This document shows positions 12,491 through 23,545 of a stretch of 64,000 nucleotides of DNA, one piece after another. Below the pieces are notes generated by a model. The model made no database searches. It had not been told where the DNA came from and saw only the letters and a program-made list of their open reading frames with translations. This stretch comes from Macrostomum lignano (Eukaryota): NCBI GenBank assembly GCA_002269645.1, contig NIVC01001295.1, positions 67,285 to 131,284 on the forward strand. The letters are read 5' to 3'. Within the stretch, counting starts at the first letter, position 1; the number at the start of each line of letters is the position of its first letter. Position numbers and translations under genes: made by a program.

Positions 12491-12959
12491 GCAAAAATTT
12501 TTTCATAAAAATCAAACCAAGTATTCAATTATTAGTTCTCAGGAAATTTAAAGTCTTTAAATTGTGAAGGGTCTTGTCTCTGAATTGGCAGCAGCTTTCA
12601 TCGCGGAGCTGCAGAACGAGGAGGCGACGGCCAATCAGCGAGCACTCAGGACTCATTTGAGAGAGCAGAAAGCGGAATCGGATTAGCTCTGGTACAATCA
12701 GCCACGCAAGGTGCAACACCTGATTTGAAGTGGTTGCGTGGCTGGTACGGTAAGGACAGTAAGACATATGGATGGCATTGGCAACTGAGGCTCTCAATAA
12801 AGGTTGAGTAGCTGCCGGGCAGACAAATTCCGAATCAAACTCGTCTTTTCTCCGAGGATGTACCGCAAGATTTAAGTTTGAAAAGCCCCTACAGATGTTT
12901 TGGCATCGTTTTTTCTATTTTTTAGTTTCGACTACTCCTCCTCTGAGCCTTGAGCACGG

Positions 12960-13420
12960 AGCCAAGAGTTTTGAGCACAGAATGTACAGAGGCCTCGAGT
13001 TTTGAGCACAGAATGTACAGCGGCCTCGAGTTTTGAGCACAGAATGTACAGCGGCCTCGAGTTTTGAGCACAGAATGTACTGCGGCCTCGAGTTTTGAAC
13101 ACAGAATGTACAGCGGCCTCGAGTTTTGAGCACAGAATGTACTGCGGCCTCGAGTTTTGAGCACAGAATGTACTGCGGCCTCGAGTTTTGAACACAGAAT
13201 GTACTGCGGCCTCGAGTTTTGAACACAGAATGTACTGCGGCCTCGAGTTTTGAGCACAGAATGTACTGCGGCCTCGAGTTTTGAGCACATAATGTACAGC
13301 GGCCTCGAGTTTTGAGCACAGAATGTACTGCGGCCTCGAGTTTTGAACACAGAATGTACTGCGGCCTCGAGTTTTGAGCACAGAATGCACATCGGCGTCG
13401 AGTTTTGAACACAGAATGCA
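12960..13420. repeat. 31-bp minisatellite, about 14 copies
   Basis: Unit gagttttgagcacagaatgtac(t/a)gcggcctc; period 31 (12966, 12997, ...). Confidence 0.95.
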
Positions 13421-14399
13421 CAGCGATTTCCAATTTCTCAGCGACGACCGCCCGACAGGAAGCAAAAAATTTGTCAGCCGGAAACATTTATTTGAGCTGG
13501 AGCATGTCGAATGCATTTGTTAGATAACGCTGCATAAAAACCTATATTTTGAAGAAAATTCAGCTCTTATGATTTATAACTGTAAAATTAGACAGCTCCT
13601 GAAATTCGGAGCTTGGTAGCCTTCCTTGCTGAAAATTTCCATTGCTGGCCACTTTCTTGGCTCGCAACCTTCGTATGCCGCAAGCAGAGCATTCCCTACC
13701 CATCCACAAGAAATGAGCTCATCAAAAAACTTTTTTGATAAATAGAAAATTATTCGCCTTACAAGAATAAAATAGTAGAATTTCTGCCAAGTCTTGAGAG
13801 CAGCATCTCAAAGTCGATTGCTACTCAAACAAAGCCGGTTTCGCAGCAACACAATTTCGGAATTCTCCTCAGAAATGGAAACCAATAATTAATAGTTACT
13901 ATGGGGAAACCAAAGCGATTATTTGAACAGTTCTTCCCATATCTGTTTGCCAAGCTCGCTGATAACTACCTCATAGCAGTTCAGGTCTTTTGGGAATTTT
14001 TATCGGCGCAAAACAAGCATCTGTTCGTGGTAGAATTCGCGGAAGGCCTTCAGAGCTGACTAATTGGCGATTAAATATCTATTCCGTGGTTAATGTAAAA
14101 GTCTTTAATGTCATTTCACTAATTGACAATCGTATAAGAATTTTATGCTGGTGGCATCATCTGCGAAAAATTATTGATTTTTTGGTTTACATTCATTTTT
14201 TAGCTTCACTTTTTCTAGGAAAGTATTTCTAAAGTACCCGTGAGTAGAACCATCAACCAGGGGCTTCTTAAGTAGTAGGACGGAACACTCGAAATGGTTT
14301 TATGATTCTTTTTTGTCATTCTGACTGTGTACACTGACTGTGTAACAATATTTGTAACAAAAATTATGCATAAAATCGATTAGTAAAAAATTCTGATCG

Positions 14400-14490
14400 A
14401 ACAGTGCAAGTCTCATGAAAATCGGTTAAGCCATTCGGGAGATAATCGATTGCGCACAAACATACAAGATTTTCATTTTTAGTATATAGG
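14400..14490 (+). mobile_element. Possible non-autonomous Helitron-type 3' end
   Basis: gaaaatcggttaagccattcgggagat...acaaacatacaagattttcatttttagtatatag resembles 3' motifs of invertebrate non-autonomous rolling-circle elements. Recognition only. Confidence 0.3.
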
Positions 14491-16313
14491 AAGTCTGATT
14501 TTTGGTCCTGATTTTTTTTAACAATCTCTACCAGTAGAAGAGGGTTTTTTGAAGCTTTCAAGGCTTCAGTGAGAAGCTTGAATTGTTTTTAAAACAAATT
14601 TCAAAATTGTTTGGTTAAAGAATTCCGAAAAATCTTAAAAGATTGGTGTCTTTCCTAGCTACTCCAAGTAGTGCATCCGTGTTGTTGTGAACAAGCTCGA
14701 TTAATTTTTTTTAACAGCGACAGGGGGAATAAATGTTTTGAAGAAACTACATGTAGCTTTAACCTTGTAAAGTCGCTAGATTCTTAAAGAAAATAGTGCT
14801 TCAAGCATTGACAGCCAGCAATCTAGCCCAAGAATATCAGCATGCCCTGTCCTGTGACATCAAAAGTCACCTTTTAAGCCATGGCTTAACTTTCCCATTG
14901 ATTCTTGGCCTACCAAAAACTCCAAATGGCCTTAACATCTGAACAATTCCCCGTGAAGCTCGGTCTCTAGAGCATTTTGGGTCTCTACTGCAGCTTTTAA
15001 ATGCTGCTTTGATACTGTGACGTTGCTAGTTTAAGGTGGTCCCGCAAAAGGGCCGTTGGACTATAGTTTCTCTTGCAATTTCTCGTTTAAATTTCTCCAA
15101 TAGTTTATTTTAACGTTTACTTGTAGTAGCGTGCAAATAATCTATATCAGTTGCTAATTCACTGTGTATTTGGTAGGCCTTGCGTTCGTCTGTAAATTTT
15201 AGCACGATCGATAATTTCAAGTTCTCTCGCCAGCCAATGAAAACTCTCCGTGTTTTATGCTAACCCTTCTGCGCTCTAATTATTAACCCCCGCCTGGCGG
15301 CGGGCTGGGGGCCTCCTCACTTCTCGCTTCTGGCTTCTGGCTTCGGCGTCTGGCTCTCGTTTTCCTTCTCTCTCTCCTGGCTGCCTCGAGCCTCCTTATC
15401 TCTCGCCACGGCTCCTCTGTCTGGGCCAGCCTGTTTACACACTGTACTCCACTGTGTACTGCCACGGCTAACGCCACTCTCACCGCTACTTATCTGCCTG
15501 TTTACTTACTACTCACTGCCTCCAATGTGCTCATCACCATCACTCACTACGTTGCGTCGCCATTGTATCCTTCGCCTGCTACTCGACTTCATCATTCTAA
15601 ATTACCTTCAAAACCATTGTTGCAGCCGCCAGTGGCCCAAGCGCAATAAGTTTTGTATTGACATTAACCAGTTCTAATATTGATCTCAACAATAAATTAA
15701 CTACGGCAGTTTCCTGCCCTTATACGCCAAGTGCTCCGTTACACAATCCGCTTTGCAAGAATTGACTTCGATTCATTTTGGGACTACAACGACTTACGAC
15801 GATTCCCGTTAAACGGCCCTTTTAAGGGTCCCAGCCACCACGCCAATAACGTGACAGATACGTAAAATGTGTACAGTGTGCATGTATCCATTTGTAACTA
15901 GGTTAGTTGCGTTTTCGATACTGCATACATGTAATTTTTCTCGCAAAGTTAATACTTGTAGACGAGTATAGCTAGAAAGATTAGGCAATCCCTTCTGAGT
16001 AGATGAGAGCATCTTCTGTAAGAATTCTCTAAGGAGGACACATTTTAGTATTCTCGCAATAGAACTGCTCAGCACTGACCTGTAAAAACTGCTCATCGCG
16101 GTGCGCATCATAGCGCGAAAATATAATAAAAATTGACACAGGTGCATCAGAAAATTATGCTACACTTCAAAAGATCTTAAATATGTATTTGAACTAAGCT
16201 GGATAAATCCCTCAAGAAAATATAGAGCTTGTTTAGAAAATTCATATGTTTGCTTAGGTTTCAATTTCGTCTTCATCTTCGTCTTCGTTTTCGTTTCGTC
16301 TTCTATTTTTGCA

Positions 16314-17460
16314 TCACAGGCTGCACGCACTCCGCAGCTGGTCGAACTGGGCCGCATCGAGGTTGCCAGTCAGCAGAGCCCAGCACTGCAGCCAGCCGTC
16401 GAACGGTTGGATTGCGGCTGACATGCAGCTGCCGATCAGAAGATTGTTGTGGACGTTGATAAAATTTCCTCCGACTACACTGGTCGATGTATCGATGGAA
16501 TTTATCATGGACCCATTGTAGTAGGCGTTGAATACGAAGTCCGTGCCTCCAAAGTTGATTCCAAAGCTCATCAGCCGCTCGACTGAGTCTCTAGCACAGC
16601 CACTTGTCCAGGTCTTGCTAATGTAAGTTCCAGAAGCAAACTGGACCCTAGCCTTGATGTTGCCGTCGCTTTTTATGTACAAATTAGTCGGATTTGTTGG
16701 GTTGTTGACATCGAGAAACGAGCTGATGCACTTGTCGCTGAAACATTGTGCAGGTGGTCGAAGTTTGATAAATTAAATTCTTGCTTGGACTTGAGCGCAA
16801 TTATTCAGTCACATACTCATACATAAATACTCACACAGAGTTGCAGGAAAACTTTCCCTGAAAGAACATGCTGTACTGCTTCCCAAATGCAAAATATTTG
16901 CTGAATTCGGCAGTCGAGACTTTCACGTAGGAGCCGCTCGAGCCCTGCAGACGAACTCCGTCGACTGGACTCTGCTCGGTGACGTTCACTGGTTCCGCCT
17001 GGTAAACTGATTGGTTGACGAAGTTTTTGAAGCTCTTCTTGAAGTTGTACCACAGCACGAAATTCGAGGACAAGTTCTGGATGACCGAAGCTTCCGACAG
17101 CGAGCTCGCAGGAGTGGCAGAAGTTGGCGCGCTCGGACCTACGGTGACTTCAGAAGCCAGCAGCCTTCTCCTAGCGACCATCCGGGACCCGCAGCTCCCG
17201 GTCGATGTCGGCATCGCAGACAACCTGTAGCAGACGGCCCTGTCTGTCAGGTACACAGACAGGCGACACTCGCCGCTGAGAGTGCAGAGCAGCGAGCACT
17301 CGGGCTCACTCGGCGCGGCCACAGCCTCAGCATTCACAGGCTCCGTGGGGCAGTCGCTGGTCAGCAACTCAAACACTGCGGAGCCGTGCTCGAGTGCCAC
17401 CGACTGGCACAGCACCAGCGAAAAAGCACAGGCAGTGAGCCAAATGACGGGTGAATTCAT
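16314..17460 (-). CDS. Secreted PAN/apple + LamG/ConA-like protein, copy 2 (349 aa)
   Basis: Exon 1 17460-16835, 97-bp intron, exon 2 16737-16314. Same splice phase as copy 1. Confidence 0.85.
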
Positions 17461-17637
17461 TATTAGATCAGTTTTATAACTGCATGTGCTTGTTGAGATT
17501 CTTGGAGAGAAACGACGTGTAGGAAATAATTCTCTTGGGAATCTGTTCAGGCTTTATCTTATTGGAAAGATACTTGCGAGGAACAAGGAAATTTCGTGTC
17601 GCATGCGATTGGAGGAAAAATTCCGGCATTACTGCAG

Positions 17638-17973
17638 CAGGGGCGTCGCCATGGTGGGGGGACAAAGCCAAGAATTCTAGCTACATGTACGTCCATATAC
17701 TCAAAATGGTTAGTCGCTGGGTATCTATCTAGGTATTTTCAGAATCGGTGTTGTCAGCTCTCTTTTTGGCGCTGCAGGCACTCATTAGCACCACAGGTAC
17801 TAATTAGCGCCACAGGCACTCATTTTGGCGCCGCAGGTGCCTTGTTTTGTCCCCCTGCAGCAAAAGTTTTGATTTCCATAACGGGTCGCAAGGTGGGATG
17901 GGGGGACAAAGCATTTGCATGACACCTTCATATCTTTTACTGGGGGACATGCCCCCCGGTGTAACGGCCCCTG
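17638..17973. mobile_element. hAT-type MITE upstream of copy 2
   Basis: Termini CAGGGGCGTC...ACGGCCCCTG. Absent at the homologous sites upstream of copies 1 and 4. The TSD is degenerate. Confidence 0.8.
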
Positions 17974-18525
17974 AGTGGAAGGCTTTGTGGTTGCTATGCA
18001 GGAAATAAAGAAGCCATTCTGTCGCTACCAATACTCGTCCGTTAGACCATATGTTTTTTTGCTTGAGCTGAGATGTTTTTTATCATAGAAAATGCAAAAG
18101 GATATTGAAAATGCTTTTAACATTTTCAGATAGGCGTTAAACATTAGGAAAAGAAATTTAAGAATGGCTTGGCTTTGCAGTACCTTTTAATAGAAATACG
18201 AGTAAGTTGTTTCTAAGTTGGGTCTAAGTTTTAAAGTGACCTAATACAATCACGACTCAGATGTGGCTCAGTGGACGCTGCTAGTGGCTCTGAATCATTA
18301 ATTTTTAGTTTCGACATCGTCAAGGCAAGAGCTGCTCTACAAACAACTTATAATCAATAATTCAAATGTCACGATTGCAAACTATTCATCAATTTCCATC
18401 GGCAAACCGAAATAATGAAAATCAAACTTGAAGATTTGCTTTCGGGAAAACAATTTCTTTATTTGAACGTCTTTCTTTCTAGCACGCGCTGTCATCGCTT
18501 CGTTTTCTTCCTTTCGTTTTAGAAT

Positions 18526-18585
18526 TAGCGCGCCCTGTGACGCTGACTTTTACCATCCTGACAGCGTATTTTGTTGTTGTTGTTG
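18526..18585 (+). mobile_element. Severely 5'-truncated RTE LINE (3' UTR plus (TTG)n tail)
   Basis: Matches the reverse complement of the RTE 3' end at 49190-49250. TSD tcgttttaga(a/g)t on both sides. Confidence 0.8.
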
Positions 18586-18725
18586 TCGTTTTAGAGTGCT
18601 TATTTTGGGCAGTAGTTTGGTGGTTGTTCTTCCTCCTAAAGCAAAATATTGGCTAATTTTCAGTATATTCTTCAACCAGAAAAAGGCTGCTTCTAAAGCG
18701 TAAAAATTCGTCTGAAACGTTTACC

Positions 18726-18995
18726 CAGGAGCGGATTTAGGGGGGCGGGGGGGACGGCGCCCCCCCCCCAAATAGCTTGACAGAACATATTGCGCCCCCA
18801 AAAACCTGAGTTTGCGCCCCCTAAACTTGATTTTTCGCCCCCAAAAGACATTTTTTGGCGCCCCTAAGCTTGACTTTTCGCCCCATACACGCATTTTTGA
18901 CGCCCCTAGCTTAAAAATTGGCGCCTCTTATACTCGTGTTGGCGCCCCAAACTTGGACCACCCCCCCCCAAAATGAAAATCTAGATCCGCCACTG
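18726..18995. mobile_element. hAT-type MITE
   Basis: TIRs CAGGAGCGGATTTAG / CTAGATCCGCCACTG; perfect 8-bp TSD CGTTTACC at 18718 and 18996. Confidence 0.9.
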
Positions 18996-19749
18996 CGTTT
19001 ACCCTTTGGGCTTTTATTCTAATGAAGCGATCGTTTCTATTTTCTACACCCAAGCCAGCCTCACCCAGGGCCATCTATTCCATAGCGACAGGGCAGCAGG
19101 GAGGGCCCGGACCCCACGCCTCATCGGATGCACCACTGGGACTTACGATGTCGCTGAATAGCCTGGGATTCTAAACCCCGACATGCAGCTGAGTTTGCGC
19201 AGCAAAACCCTGCTCAGCGTCCTGTCGAATAAACAACTCAAATTTCCTGGATGTTTTCGAAACTTCCGGAATCAAACGGTCTGGAATTTCTTGCGACTTT
19301 TGTTTCAATACTTCCCGTTTGTGCTATGGCTTCCTGCAATGTTGTGAAGCCTAGTCCTTGTCAGCTTAAGAATAATTCGAGCTATTCAGACAGTGAGAAA
19401 ACTGCTTCTTCATTCTTTATTTCCACTATGCAGCTCCCGCAAGGGTTTGGGATTGAGTCAAAAGATGACTGTCTGAAAGCTGGTCAAAATCTCTGGAAGA
19501 AGTTTTGCAAATTTTGCGAGCAATCTCTGACAGTAGCTATTACGTCGTAATATGAGTCTTGAACAGTCTAAAAGCATCCATCCACCAATATATGCGCACT
19601 TCTCATAATGCACATCTGGGTCAGATCCTAACGGAAGTGCACCAATGTACTCGTAATACTTGTATTGCTGCGCGCACCGACAAGAATTACAATTGGAACG
19701 ATGCTAGAACGCTGGAAGAATCTAGCACGCTGACGAGTGCGTCAATAAT

Positions 19750-22700
19750 GTAGTAGAGGCCGGGGCTGTTGCCCCCAGGACCCCAGGTCCTGCACGCAAT
19801 GGCGTGGTGAACTATCTGTGCAGTATGAGACTGGTATGGCCTCTATCCCAGCCAGCGATGCTCACACCTGCCTCTCCTGGCGGGCTGATAGCTCACGAGA
19901 CTCTGTCTCCTGATTTTCACCTTGCAAGGCGCACTTCGAAGGGTACTCGTCCCGTGGGTGTTAAGGCAGGCTCTTGGGCCTCGCCGAGCTGATTCATTAG
20001 CGCCGGGTCCTGGTGTGACCATATAAACGCACCCTCTAATGTCCCAGTGTAACTCCGTGCTCATGGACGCTTGGCCAGGGAGTAGTCTGGTCGCTAACGG
20101 TTCCCCTTGCGCTTTTGGGTCCCCCGCAGGATGGTAAGGTTTGCTTTTTGGGGCCTGTCGCTTGGTTTGGGGTTGCGGCCTTGCGGCTCTTTGCCTGTGT
20201 TCTGCAGGAAGTCCCACCTTTTTACTTTCAGCCAATGGCTTCTAACCGAAGTAACCAACCGGCTGTGGATGACACAGTGCCTCCGGCCTCGGCTGGGGCC
20301 GTGGACTCCGCGGCCACACGATCTGCTACCATCGGGGACGCCTCGGCGAGACCCGTGGAACCAACTCTGAGCGGTGCCTCCGATAAGATACCTGCTACTC
20401 CAGCTGGGCACGCCTCTGCACATTCATTCAAATGCAATGAGGGACTCGTGCCCTCTCATTTGGCCTAGTGATGCTGACTCGGGTCGGCGGCTCCTTGAGC
20501 TGCTGCCCGAGCAGAGCTGGGACCTCAACTTAGCCTTCTGCAGAGAGGACGAACGTCCCCGGACCAAGAGGCATCGAATCTGGGTTCCGGCCAGGAGCGT
20601 CGTTACCTCTGCTGACGAGCTCCGGAAAGGACTGCTAGCAGTCAACCGGGAGCTTCCCGCCGCGGGCCTAGTGGTGCATGATACCCTTAAGCGCAGCGAC
20701 GGCACTGGCTTCACAGCCATCCTGGGGCTGTCGGACGCCTGGATGGCGCTATCCGCACGGCAGCTTCATCAACGTCGGCCTTTGGAAGCTGCGCATCCGC
20801 TCCTACGAGGCCGACCCTCCCCTTGGCAGTGAGCAGAGCTGGCGGGATGCTGAGGCGGCCGGGGCCGAGGCGGGAGCTTCTGCTCAGGCTGCCAAAGCAA
20901 ACCGCCTCGCCCGGCAGCACGGCCGCGCGGGTAAAGTCGAACGCGCTGCTGAGGGCGGAGGCGACCGACGCCCGGCGCGCAGCACCAAGCGGCGCGGCCT
21001 GTACCAGCGCGCAGCTGAGGCAGTCCGTACCGCCAAAATCACCCAGCTGAGGCGAGAGGTCACCGGGATGCCTAGGCGCACCAGCTCGTCCAGGGAGAGT
21101 GGGGACGTCTCAGCTGGGCCCAACCCCTCGGGGCAGGGCCGACTGGAGACGGACCCGCCTGCCCAGGCGGCTGGCTGCAACTGGCTCCAGGGCATTGGGC
21201 CAGTCGGAAGCGGAGGACCCCGTGGCCGGTGGGCGAAGGGCGGCGAACGCTGCCTATTTCCTTCCGACCAGTCGGGGGCTTTTTGCTGAAGAGGAGCCCA
21301 TGGACACCGGCGACCCCGACCTAAGCTGGTGAGCGCCGAGGAGGAGGAGGAACTCCTGGCGACTGCAACACCCGATCTGCACTGATAGCAGCGGCTACCT
21401 GGTGTCTGCAGATCAACACCCAGCACTGCGTGGCGGCGTCAGTCAACCTGATGCGCACGACAGAGCAACAGCTTCCGGGCCTGGTCTTCGTGCAGGAGCC
21501 CTGGATGACTAAAGGTAAGCCAAATAATGTGCCATCTGGCAACCACTGTTTTTGCATGGCGGACTCTCAGCCTCGCCCAAGATCTCTGGTCTTTGCTGCA
21601 AAAGCTTTTAAGACATGGATGAGACCTGATCTCTCTACTGGGGACGTCTGTGTTGTTTCAAATCAATAACCTCATTCCAAATAAACCTGTGCTGGTAGCA
21701 TCTACCTATTTCCCAGGCGATGCCCCAACAGTCTGCGACGCACTAGTCAACCTCATTGACTACGCCGCGTCCCGCCGGTTCGAGCTGCTCATTGCAGGGG
21801 TTGTGAACGCACACCACCTGCATTGGGGCAGCAAGAACACAAATAACAGAGGCGAGGAGCTGCTGGCCTACGTCAGCAGCACAAACCTCAATTTCTGTAA
21901 CGTGGGCAATGCACCAACGTTCAATAATGGGCGGTGGGCCGAAGTCATTGACACCACCATCGCCTCACCCGGACTGTTTTCCGCAGTCACGGGCTGGCGA
22001 GTGTGGGACGAGGACTCGCTCTCGGACCACCGCTTCATCCGCTTTTACATTGGGCCGACCAAGCAAAAGCTTAAGGTCTCTTGGAGTCGGAACGTCAGGA
22101 ACACCGATTGGGCCGCCTTTGGCTCGAAGCTGAGCCGCGGCCTTCGGGATCTTGATCCCCCAGTGACCTCTCTGACTGCCAGGTGGTGGATGATCTCGCC
22201 TCCTCCTTGGGCGGGGCGATCACCACTGCCTTTGAAGCAGCCTGCCCTCTAAAGACCTATAAAGGCAAGAAATCTGCTCCCTGGTGGAACCCAGAGCTCG
22301 GGGCCCTTCGGCGCCGAGCCAGGACCCTCCAAAGGCGAGCGCTCAAAACCAAAGACCCATCTGATATAGAGGCCTATACCCGTGCGATCCACGAGTTTAA
22401 GGGCCAAGTCAGAATGTCCAAGACGGCCAAGTGGCGCCAATATTGCAAAGGGCTTGAGGGCTTTCGCCCCGTAGCCCGCGTGGTTAAGGCACTCACTAAC
22501 GACCGTTTTTCTAAACTCTCTGTTGTGAAGAGACCTGATGGCTCGGTCACAGAGAGCTCGGAAGAGACTCTAGTAGAGCTAATGCTCAACAGTTTCTTAC
22601 CTAAATCTCCGACTCAGCAGGGCCCGCCCGACCACACAGTGGGAGGGCAAGGCCTAGCAAAGTCTATGATCACCAAAGACCGCATTATTAGAGCGGCAAG

Positions 22701-23541
22701 GTCCTTTCACCCGTTCAAGGCGCCTGGGCCCGATGGCATCTACCCAGCGTTCTTGCACGAGGCGGTGAAAAACCACCGTTTCCTGGACCTGCTCTGTCGT
22801 CCCCTTCGAGCTTGTGTGGAGCTGGGCTATGTACCAGTTGCGTGGAGAGAGGCTCGGGTGGTCTTTATCCCCAAGCCTGGAAAGAGCGACTACCAATCGG
22901 TGAAGGCCTTCAGGCCTATCAGCCTCACTTCTTTCTGCCTCAAGCTCTTCGAGAGACTGGTACTTTGGCGCCTACTTTCGGTCGAGCAGAAGCGCTTCCC
23001 ACTCTCGCAGAATCAGCACGCCTTCCGCGCGGGCAGGTCTACCGAGAGTGCCCTCCATGTCATCGTTGACTTCCTGGAGAGGGCCGTTCTTGGCAGCGGC
23101 TTTGCCCTCTCGCTTTTCCTGGACATTGAGGGGGCCTTCGACAACGTCATCTTCGAGGCCTTCTGCAGAGCCCTGGAATCCAGGGCCACGAACTCTCACC
23201 TTGTCCGGTGGATCATGTTCATGATCCGGAACCGCAGTGTTGTGGCCCACCTGAACGGCAGCTCTCTTTCGGCGCCTGTCCAGAAAGGGGCCCCCAGGGC
23301 GGAGTTCTCTGGAACATGGTCATGGATGAGTTGCTTTGCAGTGATCTCCACGACCCCATTCTCAAGGTGGGCTGTGCCGATGATGTGACCGCGATATGCG
23401 CGGGCCCCTCGGTTGATACCATCAGAGACCTTCTGCAGGGCTTTCTGGGACGAGCGGAGCGTTGGGCAAACCAATGTGGCATTAGACTCTCAGAGTCGAA
23501 AATCACAGCGGTCATGTTTACCAACAAACTGCTCTGGACCA
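19750..23541 (+). mobile_element. Non-LTR retrotransposon, LOA/R1-like, frameshifted and 3'-truncated
   Basis: Broken ORF1 at ~20236-21289. APE endonuclease motifs: CLQINTQHC, VFVQEPW, NAHHLHWGS, SDHRFI. RT motifs: KAPGPDGI, FRPISL, QHAFRAGRST, LDIEGAFDNV, with catalytic YADD present as CADD. The 5' boundary is approximate. Confidence 0.85.
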
Positions 23542-23545
23542 TTAA

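Larger units (their letters stand above)
16835..19175. repeat. Segmental duplication, left block (matches 31721-36105 apart from the 2-kb insert)
   Basis: Near-identical sequence covering exon 1, the upstream region, two MITEs and an RTE tail. Confidence 0.95.

Noticed and set aside
12960-13420. CRISPR-like appearance of the 31-bp arrays (also 51010-51447 and 27407-27810)
   Set aside because: The units are contiguous with no unique spacers, there are no cas genes, and the context is eukaryotic.
12915-13516. Three overlapping repeat ORFs
   Set aside because: By-products of a stop-free 31-bp minisatellite.
15035-15830. Inverted match aaaagggccgtt at ~15045 and ~15812
   Set aside because: Only about 12 bp, with no TSD or other support for an element.
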